A stretch of DNA of 64,000 nucleotides from Dipteris shenzhenensis (lineage: Eukaryota), in the NCBI GenBank assembly GCA_047967505.1, contig CM106538.1; one strand, written 5' to 3'. The translations under genes were made by a program, and so were the position numbers. Below the pieces are notes generated by a model. The model had not been told where the DNA came from, ran no database searches, and saw only the letters and a list, made by a program, of their open reading frames with translations. Shown here one piece after another: positions 25,283-38,300 of this stretch (position 1 is its first letter; each line of letters starts with the position of its first letter).

Positions 25283-28200
25283 CTGTGAATCAAAACAGTC
25301 CATTATTCCAGACTTTAAAGAGACTATTTAGATTTTGTCCCCTTAAACATGAAGGAAAAGATACTTGTGTTAAAAACTCATTATCCCATAGATTGTTACT
25401 CCACCGACCTGAATGTGGACATACCTTATACAGACAGTCCTGAGGATACATGTCCATTAGATTGGGGTCTATGAGTTCACGAAGCCTGCCCATTTGTAAA
25501 GGATTGGGGGAATCTCTGAGGGCCCGTAACATCTGTAAAAGAAAGAATACGTAGTACCCCATATGAACTGATCATAAACATTAGCATTGTGAAGAAAACA
25601 ATGGCATTCTCACATTTCTCTGTATGGCAAGTATATCTCAGAACTTCCGTAAACATTAACACTATAAAGAAAATGGATTTGAGAATATTCCTGATTTCAC
25701 TTACAATGGTAATAAGTGAGCGTCTCTCAGGGGTGCTGGGCATGATACCCTTACTCTTTGATATTGCTTCTTGGCCAGTAATAAGCTCAAAAATGACCAC
25801 CCCGAAAGCATATACATCACTCTTTGATGTTGCTATACCATCACGGCGATACCTGCAGTTAAAAAGCACCCAAGGCTTTGAAACCCTTGTTGCACTAGTA
25901 TATGCCAGACTACAAGAGCGTTTTGTGCAATATTTAAAAACAAGACCTGATTTGCGTGTCAGAGACATACAAACACTTGTATCATTCAACATTGGCTAGA
26001 AAATGATTATTTTGCATGTTCCTTGTTCCATGGTGAATACTTTTCATGCATGAACGCTTGCAAACAACCTTCAGTGGGAAAACAGGCATCCTGCTCTATC
26101 CATACACAACCAAGTATACAATACTTTAGCTGCACATGGAAAGGGTTCGAAGTTTACTCTGGAGCCAGGTAGCCAAAAGTGCCAACAATTCTTGTCACAG
26201 ATGCTTCTCCACCGCTTGTCTTCTCAACTAGTTTAGCCAGACCAAAGTCTGCCACCTAGGTAACAGCCAACAAATCGGTTAGTACCTTTAACTGAACCCC
26301 TGTCCAAAATCCACACATATAGAGTGAATACTTCTAATCCTCACCTTAGCACGGAAATCACCATCCAGTAAGATATTGTTTGTCTTGACATCACGATGAA
26401 CATAGTGTTCCTTTGTATGCTCATGAATATACTCCAACCCTCTGGCTGTATCCAGTGCAATCTGGACTCTGGCATTCCATGTCAAAGGTGTAAAGCCTGT
26501 CGAAACACATCCATTATACCTTAGATGAGTCGAGCATATACAAGTAAGCGCAGCCACATGTACACAGTTAACAAACAGCCCTTTCTATAATAAAGATAGT
26601 CATCCAGTGACTAAGTCAATATAAAAGCTGCTGAAAAAAGGTGGTCACATTTGGAAGAGGGAGATGTTACAATATCAGGACAGTGTACTCAATGAAATGC
26701 ATACACGTGGTCCACTACTGCTAACTCTTTGTTGCAGCCATATTGAATACCATTTTGGCTATCTGCCTTCAGGCCTGTTGCTTCCTGCCCCTTACCTGCA
26801 GCTCCCTGCTCCTTCCACTACCACATTTTCCCTCCTACCTTTTCCCAATCTTTTTTTCTGCATCAGTGCACGTAACCCCTACTTCTAACCATCCTGCTCC
26901 AGATTCCTATCCTCTCCCTTTCCTAGTCTACTGCTGCAATGTTCTTCTGGCTATAGGCCTCCTGTTTCTTTATTGCCAACCAACATGATGTGCATCCCTG
27001 CTCACATCATCCCATTCATCTTATTCCTATTCCCCTGTTCCCGATTCTTTTTGTTGCAGAAAGGAAAAACATATAGAGGTCCAAGGAAGCCATTTTACCT
27101 GTACTTACACAGGGAGATTACCGTTAACTGTGTGCAGCTTTCCTTTAGTGTCATCCTTTTTACACAGAGCAGTGTAGGCTTTGCAGAGCTTTAGGACTGC
27201 TATGGGGTCTGTCTATCTAGCCCAGATCAACTAGCCTGAGCAAGTTGATTTTGTGCCTAGGGAACAGAAGCCACCCAATCATTGATACTGTTGTGTCTTC
27301 TGTCACAAAGGAGACAAAGTACAGGCAACTGTGAGCAGCTTCCCTTTCTGGTGTCAACCTTCTTACACAGATGAGTGTAGGCTTTGCAGAGCTTTAGGGC
27401 TTCTATGGAGACTGTCTATCTAGCCCAGATGTGGCCGCCCAGTAAGTTTGGTCGTGGGATACGTAGCACTTGTAGCAAACTCTTTAGCTAGAAACTCTCA
27501 ACTTTGCAAGATCAAGTCCTTGTTCCAACAAAGTTATTCTGGCCACTTTTTTGGTACAGTACCACATGCTGGTGCATTTCTCATGCATGGGTCATGGACA
27601 ATACTAGATTGGGATCTTTACTTAGTCAAGGCAGGTGACATGTGCAACACCAAAGAAAGAGTAACCTGAAGCGGCTTGATTCTTCTCGTCACTACATGGC
27701 TCGTAAGCATCCAAGATATCAATAAATTCTTTAAAACATAGCTTTGTCCATCCATTTGGCATTTGTCGATGGGAATCCATTACACTTAAGGAGGTACATA
27801 TTTTGTGATACTAGCCAGAATCTCCCAACTTCAGGTATGTCTCGATCGTGAACCCGTAAGCTCCTGCGAGCTTCCCCCTCCCCCTCTGTACCTCTACCTC
27901 CCCCTCCCTCGCCATCCCCGCTCACCTCCGTCTCACCCCCCCTCGCACCTCCGCTCACCCTCGCCACGCTCACCCCCCCCGCTCCGTCTCTCCCCCTTGC
28001 CCCTCCGCTCCACCCCTCCCCGCTTCCGCTCCACTCACACCCCCTCACCCCGCCTCACCCTCCCCGCCTCGCTCCGCCCCCCCTCGCCACGCACACCCCC
28101 CCCTGCTCCGTCTCTCCCCCTTGCCCCTCCGCTCCATCCCTCCCCGCTTCCGCTCCACTCACACCCCCCCCACCTCCCGCTCCGCCCACCCACCCCTCGC

Positions 28201-31200
28201 CCGCCGCCCTCGCCCCCTTTCGCCTCACCGCCCCCCCCTCCATTTACTCCCGTCTCCCCTTCCCGCTCTCCGCCCGTCTCTTCGCTCCCTTTTTTTTTTT
28301 TTTTTCACCCTTCCCCCCGCCCCCCGTCCGCCTCTCGCCCCACTCCGCCTCTCCCCCGCCCCCGCTTCCGTCCCCGCCTCCTCTCCACCGCCCCCGATCC
28401 CTGCCCCCACTCCTCCACCCCGCGCCATCTCCGCTTCCTGCCCCCCCATCCCGCTTCCTCCGCCCCCCGCCCTCCATCCTTCCCGCCACACCCAGGCTCC
28501 ACCCTCCCGCATCTACCCCCCTCCCTTTTTTGGGTGGCAGCCTTTTCCTCATCGGAAGCCTCGCAGTTTGTCTTGGCGGTATGGCGGCCCCTTGCCCAGA
28601 ACCAGAGGCCCAGACGGACCCTCCCTCTCCAGATGCCTACCGCGTCATCCTGACAGAGCAACAATCATCTCGGGTTCAGGAGGTTGCCAATGACTTTGCC
28701 CTTACCTCTGTTTATGGCAGAGTCATTGGACATTCCCCCTCCAGATCAGCCATCAGGGACTAGCTCCAGTCCACCCTCATGCTAGAGGACGGCCATATTG
28801 AGGAGATGGCCCTTATGGGAAGGGGCATCTTCTGGCTCAAACTCTCCAATGCGAAAGCGGCGAGCAACCTGATTGCTGGCTCCCCCACGACTGTGGATGG
28901 AAAGATTGTCATGATAGTCCCGTGGTACCGCGGATTTTGATGCTCGGTTCCGTATACCTCGTCATCCAGTGACGCTAGTTTTTCCAGGTCTTGCTGCTGA
29001 GCTACGGCCGATTGTCAGGGACCTGGGCTCCCACTTTGGCTGGGTTATGCACGATACTTTCGCCGATGCGGTGACTACGGCAGGAGTCCCCCGAGTCCGT
29101 GTGGCTGTGGCGGATCCTGCGACTGTCCCGATAGTGATCGAGATCGTGATAGATACCGGCAGCATCACCCAGAGCATGGTAGTCACCGGACAGCCAGGGC
29201 AGTGTTTGAGGTGTCACAGCTTCGGGCACCTGGTAGCTGTTTGTCCACGCTTCGCCAGCTCTTCTCGACCCCCCCGCCCCCCCCCTCTCCGCCCCCTCCC
29301 CCCCCCTCCGGGCAGCCACGCCAGGAGGAGCAGAGGCAGCCGGAGCCCGGACCAGAGTTAGCTGGCGGCTGGACTGAGGTTAGAAGGAAAAGGGGAAAGA
29401 ACAAGAAGATTTCTGATAAAGGCAAAGAGGCTGAGGTTACCCAACCTGCAGTTGCACCTCAGAGACCTGACAGGCAGCCGCCCCAGGGACCTGGGAGAGC
29501 ATCTTCTTCGACGGTAGCCCGCCCTCCACAGACTCAGGTCCCCCTCTCCTCCTCTCCCCAGCCTCTTCCCATTCAGCCTCAGGCCATCCCCCATCTGCAC
29601 CCCACTTCTCCTGACCCGCAGCTTCAGCCCCCCCCTCGTCCTCCTCAGTCTTCTCCCCCTCCTTCTCAGCCCCAGTTCCAGATGCATCCCCATTTCTCCC
29701 CCCCCTGCCTCTTTCAGCTCTCCCGCAGATCTAGTTGCACCGACGATTCCTCAGCCGAGGGCAGCCCCCGATCCCCCTCCTCCTCCTCCTCCACTAGTCG
29801 CCCCTGAGGTGTCTGTGTTGCCTATTCCCCAGCCTCCTCCCCCTCCCCCTCTGCTGGCAGGACACCCTGAGTCTACACCTTCACCGGAGCAGGCTTCTCT
29901 GTCCGCTAGCCCCTCAGTAGCAGACTCCGACGGGCCTCAGCTTTAGGAGAGAGAGCTCCCCCGCGACTTTTACAGATCTGGCCCCTGGGACTACTTGGAT
30001 GTGGCCGACCTCGGGACTTTCCCTGCTTGCCTCGACATCAGTATCTTCCTGCTCCGCAAAGGGGCGGATGGGAAGATAGCCGCCTTGGCCCCCAGGGATG
30101 GCCCTAGCTTTGCTTTCACGTTCCTTAGCGACGGCACCGAGACCTGGACAGACGACTCGGTATGGGAGGCTCTCAGGGAGCAGACACATGCTCAGGTTTG
30201 CTCCTGGATAGGCCCGTCCGGTGGGCAGCTTCTCGAGACTCAGTGGTCCGAGGGTGACGTGCGCCTGCGGTGGCGTTGCGCCGCCAAACGCTTCAGACTG
30301 ATTGTGATCCTCAGGCCCCCCCTGTCTTGGCCCCTCCCCCAAGATGTCAGAGCCTGGACCCCTCAGAAACTCCACGCTTTCTACGGTATGACCACCTCAG
30401 AGATCTCGAGCTGGCTCGAGAAAGCTTTCGTTCATGGTACCAAAGGCCTCTCGCCTTTGCTGAAATTGTTGAAGGACGGGTAGGATGACCCCGCCTCCCC
30501 CTTCCTTGGGCCTTTTCCCAGGAGGTGAAGGAGACCTAAAGAGTGCTGCAGACCTAGCTGTGGCACTTGCAGCAGGGGGAGATCAGAGGTGTTGGTATGC
30601 ACGCACAGAGAGATGGTTTGCAGGGGCTCCATGGAGTTTGGGTCACCCCCATTACAGCTAGATGCTGCATATCAGGTCATTACATATCTGTACCAAGTCA
30701 AGGAGCATGGGGATTACACATCCGGGCGTAGCAGGACACCATGGCTAGCACTATCTCTCCTATGGCACTTGCAGCAGGGGGAAATCAGAGGTGTTGGTAT
30801 GCATGCACAGAGAGATGTTTTGTAGGACTAGGGCTGCACATAAATAGACTACCTCCTTTCCAGTACAGCATGGACGCTCCTTTCTCTCCCCTCCTGTCAC
30901 ATGAGGTCAACCAAGTTATCCGTGAAGATCTACTACAGCTACACACATTCCGAACTTGGTTGGGCCCGAGTGATCTTCCAGTGAGGATGAGCTTCTACAG
31001 AGATCACTTCCTACATATCACAGTGGAGGGTTTCATTGATCCACCAGGATACACGCAGATTTACCTACCCCACTTGCTGAGGATCTCCCTTGGGCAGTTC
31101 CGGGTCTCTTCACATAGACTTCCTATCGAGAGCGACCGAGCAGAGCGGTTACCTAGGGAGAGGCGCATATGCACACTGTGTGACATGTAGGAGGTTGAGA

Positions 31201-34200
31201 CAGAGGAGCACTTTATCTTCAGGTGTCCTGTTTACTATGAGATCCGAGGGCCTCTTCAGAGATAGTTATGGGATGTTGGCCCATGTCCTCTCCTACCCAG
31301 ACCAGTGATGCTTGGCTGGTTTCATTCATGAGATGCTCAGACACTGCGAGAGGATACTCCGAGCACGGAGATAGGAGCAGCCTTCTCCCTTGACTGATAC
31401 CTCTCAGAGCTCTATCACGGAGTTCTTTCAGCCAGATCACATAGACTCCCTCGAGGTGAGACCCCGACACGACTGTGACCCGGAGCCTGTGACCCGACAG
31501 CTCAGACAGAGGGTTTATTCACAGATCACACCTGGGGACATCCCCTCCTTGTTTAGAGTCGGAGCCCGACCGACGGGGGTCACAGTGACCTTGGTTAGAC
31601 GCAGAGCTACGACCAGGAGACGTACCAAGACTACACCCTTAAGGAGGCGACAACGTTCTATTGGCGACCTCATGCCTCCACTTCCACAGCCTCATACAGC
31701 CTGATGTCCTGTTGCTGACGACGACGACGATGATGATGATGATGATGGTTATGGTGATGCTGTTGAGAGTTCACGCTCAACATCATGTGATCATGTGTGC
31801 ATAGCACCATCACGTGATCATATGTGCATAGCACTAACCTTATAGAGTGCTATAAAGGAAAGGGTTAGATCCCCTAACCCTAACCCTAAAAGGGTTTGTA
31901 TATATTCTATTTTTTCAACTAATTCTAGTGTACAGTTAGTCATTTGTGGTGTGCTCTCTAGCTGTGCCCTCTCTCCTCATCTCCACTCTTCTCCTCTCCC
32001 CTCTTCATATTTTGTCATGGTATCAGAGCTCCCTTGTCTTCCGCTGAGACATTGAGTTTCTTGAGAGTGTGAGAGAGATTGTGAGATTGAGAGTTCTCTT
32101 GAGTGATTGTGAGATTTTTTCCCTTCACTTCCGTTGAGAGAACTTCCGTCCATTGAAAGAAATTTCCGTCATTGTTCTTGAGAGAATTCCTTGATTGAAA
32201 GCAAGAGAGATTGTGAGTGATCTCTGCAAGAGAATCATGTGAAAGAGTTCTTCGAGTGTATCCTTATGAGAGATAGATAAGGAGAACATAGAGAAAATAG
32301 ACATCCTATTGTTTGAGAGCAAGAGCCGAAGCTCTACTGGTTTTGAGAGAAAAGAGAGAGATTCCGTTCATTGCATTCTTGTGAGAAAAAGATATCTGTA
32401 GAAGTCCTATAGAGAGAGAAGGAGCCTCTTCGACTACAATTCTGTTACTCCATTTCTGCGACTCAGTTTAGCATCAAGGCTCAATGACCTCTTGGCTGCA
32501 ACGATGGCTCTTCAAAGCTCCAAAATTGCTCCAATTGCCTCGCATTATCTTCTAAGGCAACGTATCCCGTAGGGTGACCTTCGTCAACGTCCATGGGCCT
32601 CCAAGCAATGCTTCAACTCCGACTGCAAAGATCCAAAGCCCACGCTCTCAGCAAACTTCGATGCCCGCGACTCAAGCTCCTTCTTTGAGCATGCCACCGC
32701 AGCAGCACGGGCTGCTGCAACGGACTAACTCCATAGTGGATTATCGATCGACCTCCATGCTTGCTGCAAACTACCTACGACGACCAACGACGGCTCTAGC
32801 TCCTGTGCCTCATCAGATGATGTTGCAGGTAGACGTATCGAAAGCTTCTTTGGGCCTATTTCGACCCCAGCCAATTTGAAGCTTTCCTCTACATCCGTCG
32901 TGGTTTCTTGCCCGGTCTTTTCGTAAGGTTCAAATCCATCGGTACTGCATACCGAATACTTGTCTGCCTCCACTGCAGCAGGAGACTTGTTTTTCTTTGT
33001 CTGTGCAGAAGCTCGCCGATCCAGTGTTCGACTGCCCAAATACCGCACACGAGTTTCTCGTGGAGGTTGCCATTTGGCCATCTCTCGTCCCGAGCCTTTG
33101 CCTCTCCAAATGGGCTCCCTCCAGCGCATCGCCGCCAGCCAACGGACGACCTCCGAAGGCACCTCAACGATCAGCGCCCGGCCGCCTCCATCAACGGAGA
33201 AGATGACGGAATCTCCAAGATTCCGTCAAAATCTTGGATAGATTCCGGTGCACCATTGGTCGACACGTGGCAGATAGGATAGCACCACGGTCCGGTGAAG
33301 ATCACCTTGGGTTAACTGGCTGACCCACAGTTGGACACGTGTCACACCCTTATCCACACTGCCACGTCAGCACTGCCACGTCAGCTGCCTCGTCATCTGT
33401 GCCACGTCATCAGGCCACGTCATCTGCCACGTCATCTGTGCCACGTCATCAGCCACGTCATCTGTGCCACGTCATCAGGCCACGTCATCTCTGCCACGTC
33501 ACTTGTGCCACGTCATCTGTGCCACGTCATCATTGCCACGTCATCAGTGCCACGTCATCAGTGACACCTCAGCACTGCCACCTCAGCACAGAGCTTCACT
33601 GGCACACCTCTTGCTAAGCACAGTGCCACATCATCACTGCATGTGACTCACAGTGACACATCATCATTGAGCACCATTTGCACTCCTTTTGCCCCTCCAC
33701 CTAGATCAAGTCATATCTCTTGATCCAGGAAGAATTTGAGGGTGCTCCAAAAAGGAAAGTCGCTCGATTTTTCGTGCTCTACGCGCTCGTTACATCACGC
33801 GCACATTTCGGCGCAAGTTACACTCACATTTGAGCCTCGCCGACAAAACCACTTCCTTCACGCACATTTGCCTCTACATCGACGCATCTGACCCAGCACT
33901 TAAAAAGAACAAAGAAAAAGGAATTATTTGCTGCTCTTTCATCGATCGACGGTTGGTTTAGATCTAGATCAGAGTAGACTAGATCGCCATAGAGGAGATG
34001 CTTTGAATTCCCCAAGTTGCCAATCTAAGCCATGCCCGAAATTCCCGACTAGTACCTACTCGGAGTCAGTCCATACGCTCACATCCGATTTCACATCATT
34101 ACATTACCTGAAACCTTACGTTCATCAGTTCAGTGAGCAGACTTCAGAGTTCAGAGGCATTGCAGATTGATTCAGTGGGCAGATAGCACTTGATTTCACA

Positions 34201-37188
34201 CACACATGCCACCATTGTAAAGCCTATTTGGCTATCTCACGGCATCGTGCACATCATTTTTTTTTCAGCCTTGTAAAGCCTCTTGGCTATTCCCGGCATC
34301 ATTGCCACAAGCCTTGTAACACAGGTCAGATCTTATTTACTGCAGTTCTATCTTCACCGACGGTACAGAGATTTCACTTGGCATCTTCAGTGTATTTGCA
34401 GTTGATTCATACAGAGTTTTCCAGGACACTTTTTGAGTACATTGTTTGCACCATGTCGACTAGCAATCTCAATTTGGAGGCATCTGCTAAGTTAGACAAC
34501 TCCAATTACGGTACATGGAAATACCGAATGGAGACCATTCTTGTGCTTCAGGACAAATGGGAGTATGTTGATGGATCCATACCTAGACCATTGGCCGATC
34601 CAGCCACCAGTAGCTCTACTCCATCTGTTGTCACAGCACCAGCAACGGGATCTACATCGGGATCTACATCTACACAAACAGTTTCCGCATCAGTAGCAGA
34701 TCCTGCCATTGCCCGAGCTCAAGCAGAATGGGATAAGAAAGACAAGTATGCCTATCACCTGATCAAGCAGAATGTGCAAGATGTCATGCTAGGACAGCTC
34801 AACACAGTCAAGACATCAAAAGAAGCATGGGATATGTTCGCAGCTCTCTACGAGTCCAAGAACACATCCAGGATTCTCACCTTGAGAAACCAGATCAACC
34901 AGAGTTTCCGCAATAGCAATGAAACTGGTCATGCTTATGTACTCCGCATCAAAGACTACAACAATCAACTTGCAGCAGCAGGAGAGACTATGAATCCCGC
35001 AGAAATGGTTCAAGTAATCCTGAATGGACTAGGGGAAGGATATGAGAATCTGGTCCAGAGTATTGCCATCCAACGGCAAATTCCAACACTGGAGGAACTT
35101 CAGTCAGTTCTACTTGGTGAAGAACTCAGGACTCAGGCCATTCAAGCACGTAAAGGTCATTCTAATGATCAGGCATTCACCGCTTCAGACAGAAGCAGAG
35201 GCAAAGGCAGAAACAGAGGTAGATCATATCAGAATATAGGGATATGCATTTTTCCTTGGTCAAGGTGCTATATCATGGTTGTCAAACAAACAGCCAACTG
35301 TTTCTTTGTCTTCGACTGAAGCAGAATATAGAGCACTCACTACAGGTGCATGTGAGGCTATATGGCTCAGAAGACTATTGTCAGAAACAGATTACTTTGA
35401 TGAGTCAAAGCCAACAACAATATACTGTGATAATCAATCGGCTCAAGCATTGGCCAAAAATCCAGTATATCACTCCAGAACAAAGCATATTGATGTCAGA
35501 GAGCACTTCATCAGAGAAAGAGTGTTACTTGGTGACATCACACTGCAGCATTGTGATAGCAAAGAAAATGTTGCAGACATCTTTACCAAACCACTCGGTA
35601 AAGAGCTATTCGAGAAACACCGACTAGCTCTTGGTTTGATGCAGAGGAAGGACATTCCCATTAAAGGGGTGTGATGGAATGTAATGCTCAGTCCTTCTTC
35701 GATTCCCCAGAATCATCATCTTGAGGGAAGGTGTTGAGAGTTCACGCTCAACATCATGTGATCATGTGTGCATAGCACCATCACGTGATCATATGTGCAT
35801 AGCACTAACCTTATAGAGTGCTATAAAGGAAAGGGTTAGATCCCCTAACCCTAACCCTAAAAGGGTTTGTATATATTCTATTTTTTCAACTAATTCTAGT
35901 GTACAGTTAGTCATTTGTGGTGTGCTCTCTAGCTGTGCCCTCTCTCCTCATCTCCACTCTTCTCCTCTCCCCTCTTCATATTTTGTCAGATGCCGACGAT
36001 GATGCTGAGAGGGATATATATATAGTCGGGATATGACTATGTTGTACTTAGGACTTAGTACTGCCATTTTGCATTTTTTTGCATTCTGCATTGGTATGGA
36101 TGCTCGTTTAGTAGCTCCACTACCACAACTCATTGTATCAGGTTTTTCAATCTCATAGACCCATCGGTCTTCCGAAGACTTTCATAAATTTTCTTTGTCT
36201 CTCACGGGGCGAGCACACCCACAAGCAAGGCCCTCTCTCCCTACAATGTGACATTAGGAGATGTTGACCTCCAACAGTTGCAACAGGCTTAGATAGAATG
36301 CTATCTTGGCAAAACCTGTGTTTGTGTTCTCACGCAAACAAGAAATATGCTTAAACAGGAGCAGCAGTGCAATGCAGTGCATTTGTGCTCCACGCATCTA
36401 TGGGCTTCTTTTGGAAGAATCAAGAGAAAGACCTTTTCCTTTAGTTCTACGTCACTAGGTAGTAGGTCGTTGGTAAAAGAAGAAAGGCTTACGTGTCTTA
36501 AGAAGGAGAGACCACAGATAAAGAGCTCGATCCTCTGAAAGCTGTGATAGGTCGGACCTCAATCGAGTGTGCTCTGGTTGCTCCATGTCGCAAGTAGCCT
36601 CTGCAATCCTCTCTCCGCAATCCATACTGCCCACATATCAGCTAGCTCCTCCTCCTCCAACCCACTATGTCCTAGAGCTGCTGACTCAAATGCATAGAAG
36701 TATGTCAATGCTGCTATGTCTGGTCAGCCTCTATATCTTGTGGTTTGGTCCCCTTCTGCTACTCCCTTATCTGTCGTAGCAGGGTCTCTCTGTGTCGGCG
36801 CATCTCAAGCAGTCCGTAGATAAAGTCCAATGCATACCTAGTCATGCAAGTGGATCAGTCGCGACAGTGGGCTGAACCCACTCCCATCCTAATAGAGACA
36901 GTGGTATAGCTCCAAATCTCATATTAGGCTAGGTAAGCACAGAGAAAGTGCTCCTTTGTCTCAATCTCTCCTAATGTGCATAGCATGTAGATCCACTGCT
37001 CTCTGGGTATACGTGCTGCTCTCCCTATCTCAATCCTCAGTTGATGGGATGAAAACCGCATTTGCCCAATGATGATCCTCAGTGTGTGTGAGACTTCTCT
37101 ATTCTCTAGATACTGGGGTCTGATGATGAATCCCTCCTTCGAGACTCTCAAGAAATGGTCGTGGTAGAACTGTGTCTTGGTGAGGAGC

Positions 37189-37228
<40 letters not shown>

Positions 37229-38300
37229 TAAAGTCTTCGGAAGACCGATGGGTCTATGAGATTGTGAAAATCCTGATACAACAAGCTGTGGTAGTGGAGC
37301 TGCTAAACGAGCGTCCATACCAATGCAAAATGCAAAAATGCAAAATGACAGTACTAAGTCCTAAGTACAACAGTCATGTCGATGGTCGACTATATATCAA
37401 TCTCAGCATCGTCATCAATATCATCATCATCATCGGCAGCAACAAGATATCAGGATGGATGAGGCAGTGGAGGCATGAAGTCGGCAATAGAGTGTTGTCG
37501 GCAACTCAGAGGTACGGTCCTGGCACGTCTCTTGGTCGTAGCTCTACGTCTGACCAGGGCTACTATGACCCCCGTCGGTCGGGCTCCGACTCTAAACAAG
37601 GAGGGGATGTCCCCAAGTGCGATCAGTGTGTTGACCCTCTGTTTGAGTTGTCGGGTCACACGCTCCGCGGAGGTCACGGTCATGTCGAGGCCTCGTCTCG
37701 TGGGGATCCATGTGATCTAGCTGAAAGAACTTCGCGATAGAGCTCTGAGAGGGATCAGCCAAGGAAGAAGTCTGCTCCTATCTTCGTGCTCGGAGTAACC
37801 TCTCACGGTGTCTAAGTACCTCATGAATGAAACCTGCCAAACACTGTTGGTCTGGGTAGGAGAGGAAACAGGACAAAATCCCATAACTATCCCTGAAGAG
37901 GTAGTGGAAACGCCCTCGGATCTCATAGTACATAGGACACCTGAAGATGAAATGCTCCTCTGTCTCAACCTCTTGCATGTCACACAGTGTGCATATGCGC
38001 CTCTCCCTGGGTAGTCGCTCTGCTCTGCCACTCTCGATGTGAAGTCTGTGTGAAGAGACCCGCAACTGCCCAAGAGAGATCCTCAGCGAGTGGGGTAGGT
38101 GAATCTGTGTGTACCCTGGTGAGTCAATGAAACCCTCCGCTGTGATATGTAAGAAGTGATCTCTCTAGAAGCTAAGCTTCACTGGGAGTTCACTCGGTCC
38201 CAACCAGGTCCGAAATGTGTGTAGCTGTAGTAGATCATCACAGATAACCTAGTTGACCTCGTGTGATAAGAGGGGAGAAAACGGAGCATCCATGCTATAC

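Larger units (their letters stand above)
31761..35988 (+). mobile_element. Young non-autonomous Ty1/Copia LTR element (gag + RNaseH tail only; TR-GAG-like)
   Basis: 257-bp LTRs at 31761-32017 and 35732-35988 (TG...CA), identical by eye. TSD GATGC at 31756-31760 and 35989-35993. PBS TGGTATCAGAGC at 32018; PPT TTGAGGGAAGG at 35721. PR, IN and RT are absent. Confidence 0.96.
30561..36190 (+). mobile_element. 5'-truncated RTEX-like LINE copy (30561-31760 + 35989-36190), split by the LTR insertion
   Basis: Homologous to 7995-9000 and 37223-38304 ('[12 protein letters not shown]', '[17 protein letters not shown]'). The 3' UTR continues after the LTR element and ends in the stem-loop at 36157-36170. 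Confidence 0.88.

Noticed and set aside
27805-28693. 282-aa Pro-rich ORF
   Set aside because: It is the C-rich L1 5' region with an internal ~105-bp duplication, open in multiple frames.
32574-33282. GC-rich ORFs in the Copia leader
   Set aside because: They are short, overlap on both strands and have no motifs; treated as non-coding leader.
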